This document shows positions 39,345 through 49,096 of a stretch of 64,000 bases of DNA, in pieces. The stretch covers positions 1 to 64,000 of the forward strand of contig JAEOTR010000035.1 of assembly GCA_016839705.1 (NCBI GenBank). Reading direction: 5' to 3'. This stretch comes from Promethearchaeota archaeon. GTDB lineage: Archaea; Asgardarchaeota; Lokiarchaeia; Sigyniarchaeales; SOKP01. Positions within the stretch are counted from its first letter, which is position 1. Every line of letters begins with the position of its first letter. The notes below the pieces were generated by a model. That model saw only the letters and a program-made list of their open reading frames with translations, had not been told where the DNA came from and ran no database searches. A program made the position numbers and the translations under genes.

Positions 39345-40508
39345 ATGGATATTAGTGAACTTAAAAAAAATATTAAGCAACTTATATTCAATAAAGGAGC
39401 AAAATTAGTTGGTATTGGAAGCCGAGAACGACTTAAGGATGCCCCTGCTTCTGCGGATATGGAATATTGCTTGCCAGGAGCTCAAAGTTGTATTATATGG
39501 GCATACACAAACCCTATAGAAGCACTGGAGAATTATTTCTCTAAAAAAGAAAGGATGAGTATTAAGAAAGCTCAACAAATTGGATATGCGGGTTCATGGA
39601 GAACCGCACTAATTCTTGCAGAGTTCAACAAAAAAAACACAAATTATCAAGCATTTCCGGTTATACCAAATGCAAAGTACAGACCTCGAAAAGATTTACC
39701 CAATGATATTGGAGGAGATATACGTTACCCTGACTTTTCATTAAGATATGGGGCAGTAGCAGCTGGTTTGGGACACCTTGGATGGTCAGGTAACTTGGTG
39801 ACTAAAGAATATGGTGGTTCATTATATTTAGGAGGTGTGTTGACCACAGCACCTCTTGTACCTGATCCTATGGCTGAAGAAAATAATTGTAACAAATGTA
39901 AACTTTGTACAAAGGTATGCACTACTGGTTATTTTTCTGAAAATGAAGAAGAAGATATGCAACCAGTTATTATTGGTGGACAAACAGAGACATATGCCAA
40001 GAGGGGAACATTTTCACAATGCGGGATTGGATGTGCCGGGTGGTATGGGTTATCAGAAGATGGCACTTGGAGTACGTGGACACCAGGTCATGTGTGTTTG
40101 AAAGAAATACCCGAAGAAAGATGGCAAGATAGCGACTTTCGAAGAGATTTATATAGCAAAATCCTTATTAATAAAACTCTCCCCGAAAATATGAGGAAAT
40201 TTAATCAATCCATAGCTAGATCCTTTGGCAACGCAGCAAGACTTGAAAATGTAGGACTCCGCCAATTTGTAGATACAAATCCTCGATGTGGCAACTGCAA
40301 TTTTATATGCGTTGCTGAACCAAAGAAGAGAAAAGAACTCTATTCAATGCTTATTAATTCGGGAAAAGTCTATATTGATGATAATGGATTAGAGTATGTC
40401 AAAAAGTGTGATGAAAATGGAAAAGAAATTATCTATTATCCCCCAACCCAAGAGGAATTTTTCACAAAAGAGGAATTAACTGAATTAGATAATATTAGAA
40501 ATGTCTAA
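39345..40508 (+). CDS. epoxyqueuosine reductase / reductive dehalogenase-like Fe-S protein
   Basis: GAKLVGIG, AVAAGLGHLGWSGNLVTKEYG..LGGVLTTAPL, CNKCKLCTKVC, CGNCNFIC. Confidence 0.8.
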   Translation: MDISELKKNIKQLIFNKGAKLVGIGSRERLKDAPASADMEYCLPGAQSCIIWAYTNPIEALENYFSKKERMSIKKAQQIGYAGSWRTALILAEFNKKNTNYQAFPVIPNAKYRPRKDLPNDIGGDIRYPDFSLRYGAVAAGLGHLGWSGNLVTKEYGGSLYLGGVLTTAPLVPDPMAEENNCNKCKLCTKVCTTGYFSENEEEDMQPVIIGGQTETYAKRGTFSQCGIGCAGWYGLSEDGTWSTWTPGHVCLKEIPEERWQDSDFRRDLYSKILINKTLPENMRKFNQSIARSFGNAARLENVGLRQFVDTNPRCGNCNFICVAEPKKRKELYSMLINSGKVYIDDNGLEYVKKCDENGKEIIYYPPTQEEFFTKEELTELDNIRNV

Positions 40509-40544
40509 AATAAGAAAAAAACGAAGAGAAAGATTTCCGGCTTT

Positions 40545-41831
40545 TTACTTATTCCTTGGTGGTTTAATGAGATACGCCAATGCAGCTGATCCTAATGACA
40601 TAATCCCCATTACTATAAAAAGTACTAAATAGCTACCAAAAATCGTGACAAGCAAATTCACTCCAACCGCACCAATAAAACCGGCGATCCCATAAGCAGT
40701 AAACACGATCCCGTAGTTAGGACCTAAATTTTTAGAACCGAATAAATCAGAAGTAGCTGTAGGAAATAGACTAAAATTGCCTCCAAAGCAGAAAAATATC
40801 GCACAAGTAATGATTAAGAAATATATCTCATTAAAATTCGTTGTAAAATAAATGAATAACAAAACAGCTTGAGTTAGAAACATTAGTAACATTGCTTTTT
40901 TATAAGTTATTATATCTGCCATCTTTCCCCATACAATTCTTCCTAATCCGTTAAATAATGCTGCCAAACTTCCAATTAATACAAAGTCACTTGTGCCAAT
41001 CACATATGAAAACACACTAGGTGCAACTTCAGTTTTGGCAAACGCGGAGTAGGACCCGATCACCATGAGACCGGATATCGCACTTAACGCGAAAGCTGCC
41101 CAGAACATCCAAAATTGGGGTAGTTTGACAGTTTGACTTCGCTCGAATTCCAAACCTGAGATTCCACTCTCTTCAGAGGGTACGGGAGACTCCCAACCAG
41201 CAGGTGTCCAACCAGTAGGAGGGTTACTTAGCGCCATTGCTCCACCAATAACAAGAATAATATAAATTATTCCTAAAACAATAAACATTATAGGAATATT
41301 CGGAGAAATTACATTAACAAAATTTGGAGCTTTATCAGATAGACCAGTAGGATTAGCAAGTGCTTTAATTACAAAGTTAAAAATGAACGCTCCGGCACCA
41401 AATCCTGCCACAGCAATTCCATTGATAAACCCCTTTTTATCTGGAAACCATTTCCCCGCAGCTGCAATTGGACATACATACCCAAAACCAATTCCTACTC
41501 CAAATATAATACCATATGTTATTAATAATCCAATAAAGGTTGTCATAAATGCTGAGGATATTAACCCAATACCAATTAGAATTCCTCCAAGTATGGCAAC
41601 ATTTCTTGGCCCGTATTTTTGTTGCAATGATCCAGCAAAGATCATTGTCACAGCAAAAGAAAGCAAGCCCACACCAAACACGTATACGGTTAATTCCTTA
41701 GCTGCATTCAAATAGGGACTTACGAACACTGTAACTGTTCCCCAAGAATAGATCGTACCTAAAGCTAACTGAATCATAATAGCCCCAATTACCACAATCC
41801 AGCGATTTCGAATTTTTTGATCTTCAGACAT
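40545..41831 (-). CDS. OFA-family (oxalate:formate antiporter-like) MFS transporter
   Basis: LGTIYSW, KWFPDKKG..G..VAGFGAG, NGLGRIVWG, FGSKNLGPNYG. Confidence 0.9.
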   Translation of the reverse strand: MSEDQKIRNRWIVVIGAIMIQLALGTIYSWGTVTVFVSPYLNAAKELTVYVFGVGLLSFAVTMIFAGSLQQKYGPRNVAILGGILIGIGLISSAFMTTFIGLLITYGIIFGVGIGFGYVCPIAAAGKWFPDKKGFINGIAVAGFGAGAFIFNFVIKALANPTGLSDKAPNFVNVISPNIPIMFIVLGIIYIILVIGGAMALSNPPTGWTPAGWESPVPSEESGISGLEFERSQTVKLPQFWMFWAAFALSAISGLMVIGSYSAFAKTEVAPSVFSYVIGTSDFVLIGSLAALFNGLGRIVWGKMADIITYKKAMLLMFLTQAVLLFIYFTTNFNEIYFLIITCAIFFCFGGNFSLFPTATSDLFGSKNLGPNYGIVFTAYGIAGFIGAVGVNLLVTIFGSYLVLFIVMGIMSLGSAALAYLIKPPRNK

Positions 41832-41987
41832 ATTAACTTCACTTAATAAATTCTTCTATTTTCTAAGAATTGCTTGAAAGATAAATATTTTGTATTAATA
41901 TTTTAAAAAGATTCGAGGAGTTTTAATTGAATAACAGAGCTTAAAAAAATTAATCGTATATGAATTATAAAGATTTAAAGGTTAGAT

Positions 41988-42983
41988 TTATTTATTTCCT
42001 TTCAAAATTTCTTGTCTTTTTTCAGCCATTCTTTGCATTCTTTTCATAATTCGTTCTCGTATTTCTGGCTTGATATCTTTTAGTTGTTCCATTGATTTTT
42101 GAGCACCTTCTTGGATTTGTTTAATCATCATTTTTTGGTCTTCTGGATCTAATTTTTGGAGTGCTTTATAAAATTGTTCTTGCCCTTCCTGTGGATCATG
42201 GGGTATTCTTCCGGATAACAGCCCACCATCTACTAAAAGCGTCTCACCTGTTATAAAACTACTAGAATCACTTGCTAGAAATAAGGCAGCATTAGCGATA
42301 TCTTCTGGTATTCCTGCACGCCTTATTGCTTGACCATCCCTCATAAATTCCTTTCTTAAATCCCCCCATTTTTCAGCAGTTTCACGTGAAAATCCAATAC
42401 CCTGACCAAATATTCCTGTGGCTATACCGCCAGGTGCTATTGTATTTGCTCTAATCCCAAATATTCCTAATTCAACTGCTGCAATTCGAGCTAGGTGAAT
42501 TAATGCTGCTTTAGAGAGAGAATATGCTAAACCGCCCATCCCTTGCTGAAATCCTGCCACAGAACCTGTAAATATAAAACATCCGGATCCTTGCTTCTTC
42601 ATTAAGGGTATCGAATGCTTCATGCACAGGACTGCTCCTCGAAGGTGAATCGCCATAGTATGGTCGAAATCTTCGGTTTCGGTATTTTCAATTCCCCCTC
42701 CAGAACCAGGATTCCCCGCGTTTGAAAACACAATATCGAGTTGACCAAATTTCTCTATTGCGAGATCAATGGCTCTTTTTATATCAGATTCTTGAGATAC
42801 ATCAGTGTGAATATACATTGCGTTTTTTCCAAGCTCTTCAGCAAATTTTTCTCCCATCTCATCCCAAATATCTGCTAAAATAACCCCTTTAGCCCCTTCT
42901 TCTATGAAAAGCTTTGATGTTGCTCTTCCTATCCCACCAGCAGCTCCTGTAATAAGAGCTACTTTTCCATCTAACTGTTTCAT
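41988..42983 (-). CDS. SDR oxidoreductase with Q/E/K/M-rich helical C-terminal extension
   Basis: TGAAGGIG, NAG, YSLSK, SSFITGETLLVDGG. Confidence 0.92.
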   Translation of the reverse strand: MKQLDGKVALITGAAGGIGRATSKLFIEEGAKGVILADIWDEMGEKFAEELGKNAMYIHTDVSQESDIKRAIDLAIEKFGQLDIVFSNAGNPGSGGGIENTETEDFDHTMAIHLRGAVLCMKHSIPLMKKQGSGCFIFTGSVAGFQQGMGGLAYSLSKAALIHLARIAAVELGIFGIRANTIAPGGIATGIFGQGIGFSRETAEKWGDLRKEFMRDGQAIRRAGIPEDIANAALFLASDSSSFITGETLLVDGGLLSGRIPHDPQEGQEQFYKALQKLDPEDQKMMIKQIQEGAQKSMEQLKDIKPEIRERIMKRMQRMAEKRQEILKGNK

Positions 42984-43185
42984 AATTATTTATTAAATAT
43001 TATATTTTTTAATACTTTAACGATCAAGGGTTTAAAAATAAAGCTTCTTACTGTTATTGTCACTAAAAAATTCTTTCCTAAATATAGAAAGTTAAAAAAT
43101 GCAGAAAATTAGATATGAAATCATTATTTATAACTTCAAATAAGGTATACAAATTGTATTTAAAAATAAGAGATAAAAAAATTAA

Positions 43186-43407
43186 TTAAAAACCATAGGT
43201 ATTGAAGCTCGTATTAGAATAAGCTTTCGCTGAATGAATTCGATCGTGAGCTTCACTCATAGAAATTACTTCTTCAAAATATCGTGGATTTAAATCTCCA
43301 AGGAGTTCATCAACTTCACTTTCTTTTGTTTCTTGAACTTTAGGATATTCAACCTCTTCAATTTCAACACTTATCATTTCCATTACTTTTTCATAAGCTT
43401 GGGTCAT
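43186..43407 (-). CDS. 73-aa LNPRY-motif micropeptide
   Basis: ...LLGDLNPRYFEEVISMSEAHDRIHSAKAYSNTSFNTYGF; tandem paralog of the next gene. Confidence 0.8.
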   Translation of the reverse strand: MTQAYEKVMEMISVEIEEVEYPKVQETKESEVDELLGDLNPRYFEEVISMSEAHDRIHSAKAYSNTSFNTYGF

Positions 43408-43667
43408 TTTTTTTTCACGTTTTTTGTTTTTTCTTATAATTATTATATTGACAGGAGTTAATATATAGTTTAATAATAGGAACTCTTGATGGACTCTTAG
43501 ACTGTTTTTAGATTCTCACTTAAAAACCGTTCAAAAATTACCTCAATATCCATACTATTAGAAGATTTAATTTTAGTTTCTTTTGAAGAACTATAATTTG
43601 ATCTTGAATCATATAACATAAAATCAGGAGGAATTAAAACAATTAAAAATAGGAAAAATAATATTAA

Positions 43668-43847
43668 TTAAAATCCATAAGGATTGATGATATTATCTGA
43701 ATAAGCTTTCCTTGAATAAATTCGATTGTGGGCTTCATTCATAGAAATACCTTCTTCAAAATATCTTGGATTTAAATCTCCAAGAGATTCAGCTTCATCA
43801 ATCTTTTCAACTTTTTCAACCAATACTTCTTCATATATTTGGACCAT
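43668..43847 (-). CDS. 59-aa LNPRY-motif micropeptide
   Basis: MVQIYEE...SLGDLNPRYFEEGISMNEAHNRIYSRKAYSDNIINPYGF; ATG 43847 follows the AGTGATA RBS. Confidence 0.8.
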   Translation of the reverse strand: MVQIYEEVLVEKVEKIDEAESLGDLNPRYFEEGISMNEAHNRIYSRKAYSDNIINPYGF

Positions 43848-44171
43848 TTTTTTTATCACTTTTTTTTGTTTTTTTTATAATTATCGTATTGATAGGGTTA
43901 TATTTAAAGTTTAGGACCAGAAACTCTTTATGGACTCTTAGACTTTTGTTTAGATTCCAACCCTAATACCATTTAAAAGTAACTTCAATACCCTTACTAT
44001 TACAAGATTTAATACTAGTTCAAACTGAAGAACTATAAAGGGATTTTGAATTTTAAATTTTACTGCTAAAAATGATGATGTGAAATGATGGTATATCACA
44101 GAGTCTAATTTTTATGGAGATAGTAAAAAACTTTTAACTATGAAAAGGTTATTTATTCAAAGGTTTTAATT

Positions 44172-45341
44172 ATGTATGATGTAGTAATCTCTGGTGCTGG
44201 ACCTTCAGGCTCTCAATGTGCTGAAAAATTGGCTAAATCAGGATATAATGTTGCATTAATAGAAAAAGATACAAATTGGCGTAAACCTTGTGGAGGGGGT
44301 GTTCATTCTAGCGTGATAAATTTATATCCACAGTTAAAAAACTTAAAGAAGCCAAAGATTAAAGATATAGTAATGCATTCTGCCGATTTTCATAAATTAG
44401 AATTTAAAGGAGCAGGTAAGGAATATTTAATTATTGTGGATCGCCTAGAGCTCGATAACTTAATGAGAAAGGCAGCTATTGATGCAGGAGCACATTTATT
44501 TGATAAAAACTTGTCATATGATTTTATCATACAAGAGCAACAAAAACAGGGGATAATAACAAAATCTCCAACGGGGATTAAAGAGTATCAGGGTAAGATA
44601 GTTATAATTGCTGATGGTATGGGTTCTAAATTAGCTCTGAAATCAGGAATGCGATCGAAATGGAAAATTAATGAATTAGCAATAGGTAAATGCTCAATAT
44701 TAGAAGGGAATACTCGCTTAGATAAAGAATCTGTATATATATTCTTTCAACCATTTAAAGGATATGGATGGATTTTTCCTTTAAGTAATGAAAGATTTAA
44801 TGTGGGTATTTTTACATTTGGTGAGGATAATCTTAAGTTTAACATACATAAAATTTATCAAAATTTTCTTGATAATCCAAATATTAAGAACTATATCCCT
44901 GACTCTAATTACAAAACGATCTGGTCTAGTTCATATTTGTTTCCGGCGGAAGGTGTATTGGAGAAAAGCTTATATGATGATAACTTAATGCTTATCGGTG
45001 ATGTGGGTGGTTTTGTTTCACCTATTAGTGGTGAAGGAATCCAAACAGCAGTAACTTCTGGTAAAGTTGCAGCTGAAACAGCTATAGAAGCTTTAGAAAA
45101 AGAAGATTATTCTAAAAGAACATTAAAAAAATACAAAACAGATAAAGAAATCAAGAAGATCATTCGGAATTTCAAATTAAAACGATCGATGATTGAATTC
45201 TTTTATGAGAATGAAGGTAAAAATCTCAATAAAATGCTAATCCTTTCTGAAGAAGATGCCGAGGTCAAAAAACAAGTTATTAACATGTTTGCGTTTGGTG
45301 ATATTCCCTCAAAGGATTTAGTATCTAGAATTATCAACTAA
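44172..45341 (+). CDS. geranylgeranyl reductase family FAD oxidoreductase
   Basis: YDVVISGAGPSG, KPCGGG, IADG, GYGWIFP, IGDVGGFVSPISGEGI. Confidence 0.9.
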   Translation: MYDVVISGAGPSGSQCAEKLAKSGYNVALIEKDTNWRKPCGGGVHSSVINLYPQLKNLKKPKIKDIVMHSADFHKLEFKGAGKEYLIIVDRLELDNLMRKAAIDAGAHLFDKNLSYDFIIQEQQKQGIITKSPTGIKEYQGKIVIIADGMGSKLALKSGMRSKWKINELAIGKCSILEGNTRLDKESVYIFFQPFKGYGWIFPLSNERFNVGIFTFGEDNLKFNIHKIYQNFLDNPNIKNYIPDSNYKTIWSSSYLFPAEGVLEKSLYDDNLMLIGDVGGFVSPISGEGIQTAVTSGKVAAETAIEALEKEDYSKRTLKKYKTDKEIKKIIRNFKLKRSMIEFFYENEGKNLNKMLILSEEDAEVKKQVINMFAFGDIPSKDLVSRIIN

Positions 45342-45350
45342 ATTGTTAAT

Positions 45351-45926
45351 TTAGTCTATAATTTTCGTAAGATCCTTGATTAAATCTTCAATTTCTTTTT
45401 GTTCTAACTTTATTGTAACCTTTCCTCCACCGGGATGTGCAAAAGTAAGAAGATATTTCTCACCGCTTTTATTGACAAACCATTTTTCACCTTTGGGCAT
45501 CCCCCATGAAGGATCAAGCCAATCTTTTGCCTTGAATTCTGCTATCTGGAGTAAAACTCCAAATGCGTCTTTTGGATGGATAAACAGTTCTTTCCACTTA
45601 TCACCATAATCATTGTAACCAAAATAGGGAATATTATTGTTTTCAAGAATATCCTTCGCCTTTTTGATATCAGGAGTCTGCAAAACAAGATGGTGTATTC
45701 CATTACCCCTCCGTTTAAAAAAGTTTTCCAAAAAACTCCCCCTTCCTGTAGATTTTATTATCTCAAATCTTGAAAGATCTCCTAATGCAAACGTCTCCCA
45801 GTAATACTTTAAATCATAATCTGTGCCATTGTATTGAGATATCGCACCGAGGATTTTTGTATAGAATTCGACAGCTCCCTCATAATCTTTTACTGCTAAT
45901 GACACGTGATCAATGCGAGTTATCAT
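45351..45926 (-). CDS. VOC family protein, methylmalonyl-CoA epimerase-like
   Basis: IDHVSLAV, RGNGIHHL, FIHPKDAFGVLLQI. Confidence 0.85.
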   Translation of the reverse strand: MITRIDHVSLAVKDYEGAVEFYTKILGAISQYNGTDYDLKYYWETFALGDLSRFEIIKSTGRGSFLENFFKRRGNGIHHLVLQTPDIKKAKDILENNNIPYFGYNDYGDKWKELFIHPKDAFGVLLQIAEFKAKDWLDPSWGMPKGEKWFVNKSGEKYLLTFAHPGGGKVTIKLEQKEIEDLIKDLTKIID

Positions 45927-46069
45927 AAATGATTCATTATTGAAAATGTTTTAATTTTTACTATTTGTCTTTTGATTGAAAATTTATATATCATCTTATC
46001 TAATATTATTTCACTCAGGTAATTATTGACATCTTACAATAATAAATAAAAAAGGGAACGTTTCTACTA

Positions 46070-47848
46070 GTGGAAATACCATCAGAAGTTCAATTAACCT
46101 CTAAGGAAGCAGATTATTATGCTCGCCTTAATAAGGTAATTGAAGAAAGAACAGAAAATCCGAATTTAAGCTTCGGAATCATCATTGAACAACATGCTGA
46201 AAAAAATCCAAACGAATTCTCTCTGCTTTTTAAAGATATTTCATGGACTTGGCAGATTTTAAACCAAGAGAGTAATAAAATAGCTAATTATTTTCTCAGA
46301 ATAGGATATAAATCCGGAGATACCATAGCAGTTATGATGGAAAACTCTCCTGAATTCATTTCAATTATAACTGGTATTAATAAAATACAGGGTATTAGTT
46401 CATTAATTAATGTAAATCAAAGAAAGCAAGCACTTATCCATTCCTTTAAAATTAGTGAACCGTTCTGGATAATAGTTGACGGTGATAGCTTAGCTGCTTT
46501 TACTGAAGTTTTTTCGGATCTTAATTTTGATAAGAATAAAGTGTTTGTTATAAATAATCATATGAAATACCACCATGATTTTATTGATTTTCATACAGAA
46601 TTAAAGAGCGTTTCAATCGACAATCCCGCAACGACCTTTAGATCATATTTGACTGATATGTCCGTGTATATTTTCACTTCTGGCACCACAGGACTCCCTA
46701 AAGCAGCTTTACAAGATAATACACGAATACTGAATCCATTTGGATGGTTGGCATTCGAGTCAACCCATAATGATGTTGTGTATAGCCCATTACCGTTATA
46801 TCACTCTCTTGCGCTGGTGGTAGGATGGGCTGGTGCTATACAAGTAGGTGCTGCTTATGCATTTAGAAAACGGTTTTCCGCGTCAGAATTCTGGAAAGAT
46901 ATCAAAAAATTTGGGGCAACCTGTTTTATGTATATTGGAGAGTTACCAAGATACCTTATAAATCGACCTGAATCGGAGTATGTAGAAAACACGACGCTAA
47001 AGAAAATGCTGGGAGTGGGTTTTCGTAAGGACATATGGGAAGAATTTAAATCTCGGTTTCATATTGAACATATTCTTGAGTTTTATGGGGCTACAGAAGG
47101 TGCAGCGGGTCTCTTTAATATTGAAGAAGTACCTGGTATGATTGGTAGAAGGACCATACCTGGATTGATTATTGCTGTGAAAGTTAATGAGGAAACTGGA
47201 GAATTTTACAAGGATGAAAACGGTTTTCTAATTGAATGTACTTCAGGGGAAACAGGGATGATGTTGGCACAAATTCTAGAAACATCAGCATTTTTGGGCT
47301 ATAAGGATAAAAATAAAACGAACCAAAGAGTTTTAAGAAATGTACTTAAAGAGAATGATGCCTATTTTAATACTGGTGACCTTGTACATCTTCACGATGA
47401 TAACTGGGTCTCTTTTGCTGATCGATATGGAGATACTTTCCGGTGGAAAGGAGAAAATGTATCCACAATGGAAGTTGAGTCCATTTTAAATACATTTGGT
47501 GGCTTTGAAATGTGTAACGTATATGGTGTGGAAGTTCCAAATTCAGATGGAAAGGCGGGGATGATTTGTATTAAAATAGATGATACAAAATCTTTTAAAC
47601 CCGAATTATTCTCTCAGTTTGTATCAAAAAACCTCCCAAAATACGCAATTCCGCTCTTTATTCGTATTAAAGATGAACTTGAATTTACAGGAACACATAA
47701 ATTAAGAAAAGTGAATCTCAGAACACAAGGGTATGATATTAATGCAATAAAAGATCAACTCTACTTTTGGGAATCTATGTCTAATAGATACAAAATTTTT
47801 GAGAGAGAACATTATCAAAATGTAATAAACGGAAAATTAAAATTTTGA
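46070..47848 (+). CDS. long-chain acyl-CoA synthetase, FATP/SLC27 type
   Basis: YIFTSGTTGLPKAA, YIGELPRYL, EFYGATEG, FNTGD, DTFRWKGENVST. Confidence 0.93.
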   Translation: MEIPSEVQLTSKEADYYARLNKVIEERTENPNLSFGIIIEQHAEKNPNEFSLLFKDISWTWQILNQESNKIANYFLRIGYKSGDTIAVMMENSPEFISIITGINKIQGISSLINVNQRKQALIHSFKISEPFWIIVDGDSLAAFTEVFSDLNFDKNKVFVINNHMKYHHDFIDFHTELKSVSIDNPATTFRSYLTDMSVYIFTSGTTGLPKAALQDNTRILNPFGWLAFESTHNDVVYSPLPLYHSLALVVGWAGAIQVGAAYAFRKRFSASEFWKDIKKFGATCFMYIGELPRYLINRPESEYVENTTLKKMLGVGFRKDIWEEFKSRFHIEHILEFYGATEGAAGLFNIEEVPGMIGRRTIPGLIIAVKVNEETGEFYKDENGFLIECTSGETGMMLAQILETSAFLGYKDKNKTNQRVLRNVLKENDAYFNTGDLVHLHDDNWVSFADRYGDTFRWKGENVSTMEVESILNTFGGFEMCNVYGVEVPNSDGKAGMICIKIDDTKSFKPELFSQFVSKNLPKYAIPLFIRIKDELEFTGTHKLRKVNLRTQGYDINAIKDQLYFWESMSNRYKIFEREHYQNVINGKLKF

Positions 47849-47879
47849 AATATTTCATAAATAAAACATAAAAATAGAT

Positions 47880-48506
47880 GTGATTAATATGAACATTTCT
47901 AATGATATCGCAATTGAGAATTTGAAAAAAGAGGATTTAAAAGAACTTGGGTATAATAAGCTCATGGAATTATATAAGTCCTTACCATCTGCCGATTTTG
48001 AAGAAATGGATGGGGATTATGATAGTTGTATGGTGGGATTCATTTCAGAAATAAAGGAAAAGGGAAGTATATGGTGGCTCCATAAAACTGAGAAAGGTGA
48101 TTGGTTAGGAAAATCTTTTACACCGAAATCTAAGTCAGAACGCCGAGGAGAGGGATATAATCGATGGAAGATTGAAGGTAAAGAAGTTCACCATATGCGT
48201 TTCCTTACAGATATGGTTGAATCTCTTATCGATGGGAAAATCACATTTCGATTGAAGTATGCATCCTTCAAAAATGATGGTGGAATAGTAGATATGACTG
48301 ATGAAGTAAGAAGGATTAGAAAGGGACTCTATCTCTGTTTAGGAATGGCTGGTCCTGAAAAACTTCCGCCCGACTTTTTCTACTTAACAGGCCCCGTACA
48401 TGACTATGATCATAGTTCAGAATGGATATATGGCGATGAGGTTGAGAAACACACTAATATAACAGTTACATATAAGAACTTTCCCTTTCCAGATGAAATT
48501 AAATAA
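47880..48506 (+). CDS. hypothetical protein linked to the acyl-CoA synthetase
   Basis: GDWLGKSF, DEVRRIRKGLYLC; 31 bp downstream of the synthetase. Confidence 0.7.
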   Translation: MINMNISNDIAIENLKKEDLKELGYNKLMELYKSLPSADFEEMDGDYDSCMVGFISEIKEKGSIWWLHKTEKGDWLGKSFTPKSKSERRGEGYNRWKIEGKEVHHMRFLTDMVESLIDGKITFRLKYASFKNDGGIVDMTDEVRRIRKGLYLCLGMAGPEKLPPDFFYLTGPVHDYDHSSEWIYGDEVEKHTNITVTYKNFPFPDEIK

Positions 48507-48526
48507 TATTTAAAATATCTGAAATT

Positions 48527-48751
48527 TTATTTTCTTATTTTTAGACGATCATTGTAGTAATATCTTCTACGACGTCTATATGGTCTTTCTGGTCGGTTTA
48601 AAAAACATTCGGGACAATAAGTGATAATTAATGGATCTTCCCATAGATCCTGTGCTCGTTCAGCTGTAATCGTAGGATTATCTCTTAAAAATATTTGAAA
48701 CGGGATTATTCGACCACAATCTCCACACTCTTTAGGTTGTAATTGCTGCAT
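48527..48751 (-). CDS. small zinc-finger protein (CxxC...LWE...CxxC family) with Arg-rich tail
   Basis: CGDCG..F..FL..N....LWEDP.I..YCPEC; RRRRRYYY. Confidence 0.75.
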   Translation of the reverse strand: MQQLQPKECGDCGRIIPFQIFLRDNPTITAERAQDLWEDPLIITYCPECFLNRPERPYRRRRRYYYNDRLKIRK

Positions 48752-49096
48752 TGATAAAAACCTATTTTAATTATAACATATCTCTTAGGAAATGAGATAA
48801 TTAAAAGGCAAGAGAGTCACCAATTACTATAAATGATACCAATAATTATAACGATTTTTATTAAATTGCCCACTTTTGTCAAGTAATTATCCTTATTTTC
48901 GGTAATTTCATTTATCTCCATAACTTTAGGCATTTAGATAAATATTTATAAAAGTAGATTGATGAAATATGTTTTTTCAAAGTTTACTCCTTCCTTTTAA
49001 TTAAAACAATGCAGTACCAAAGTTTTTCTATTGGATGTTAAATCAGTGATTAATAAAGCAATTACAAATTATAAAAAAAATAAAGAATTTTTTTAA

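Larger units (their letters stand above)
43183..44051. repeat. diverged tandem duplication: two units of micropeptide gene plus about 200 bp upstream DNA
   Basis: Units at about 43183-43609 and 43665-44051 share ATGGACTCTTAGACT, TTTAGATTC, TACTATTAnAAGATTTAAT and TGAAGAACTATAA blocks. Confidence 0.85.

Noticed and set aside
48817-48933. 34-38 aa minus-strand ORF (MEINEITENKDNYLTKVGNLIKIVIIIGIIYSNW)
   Set aside because: Plausible, but no homolog or motif in the window supports it.
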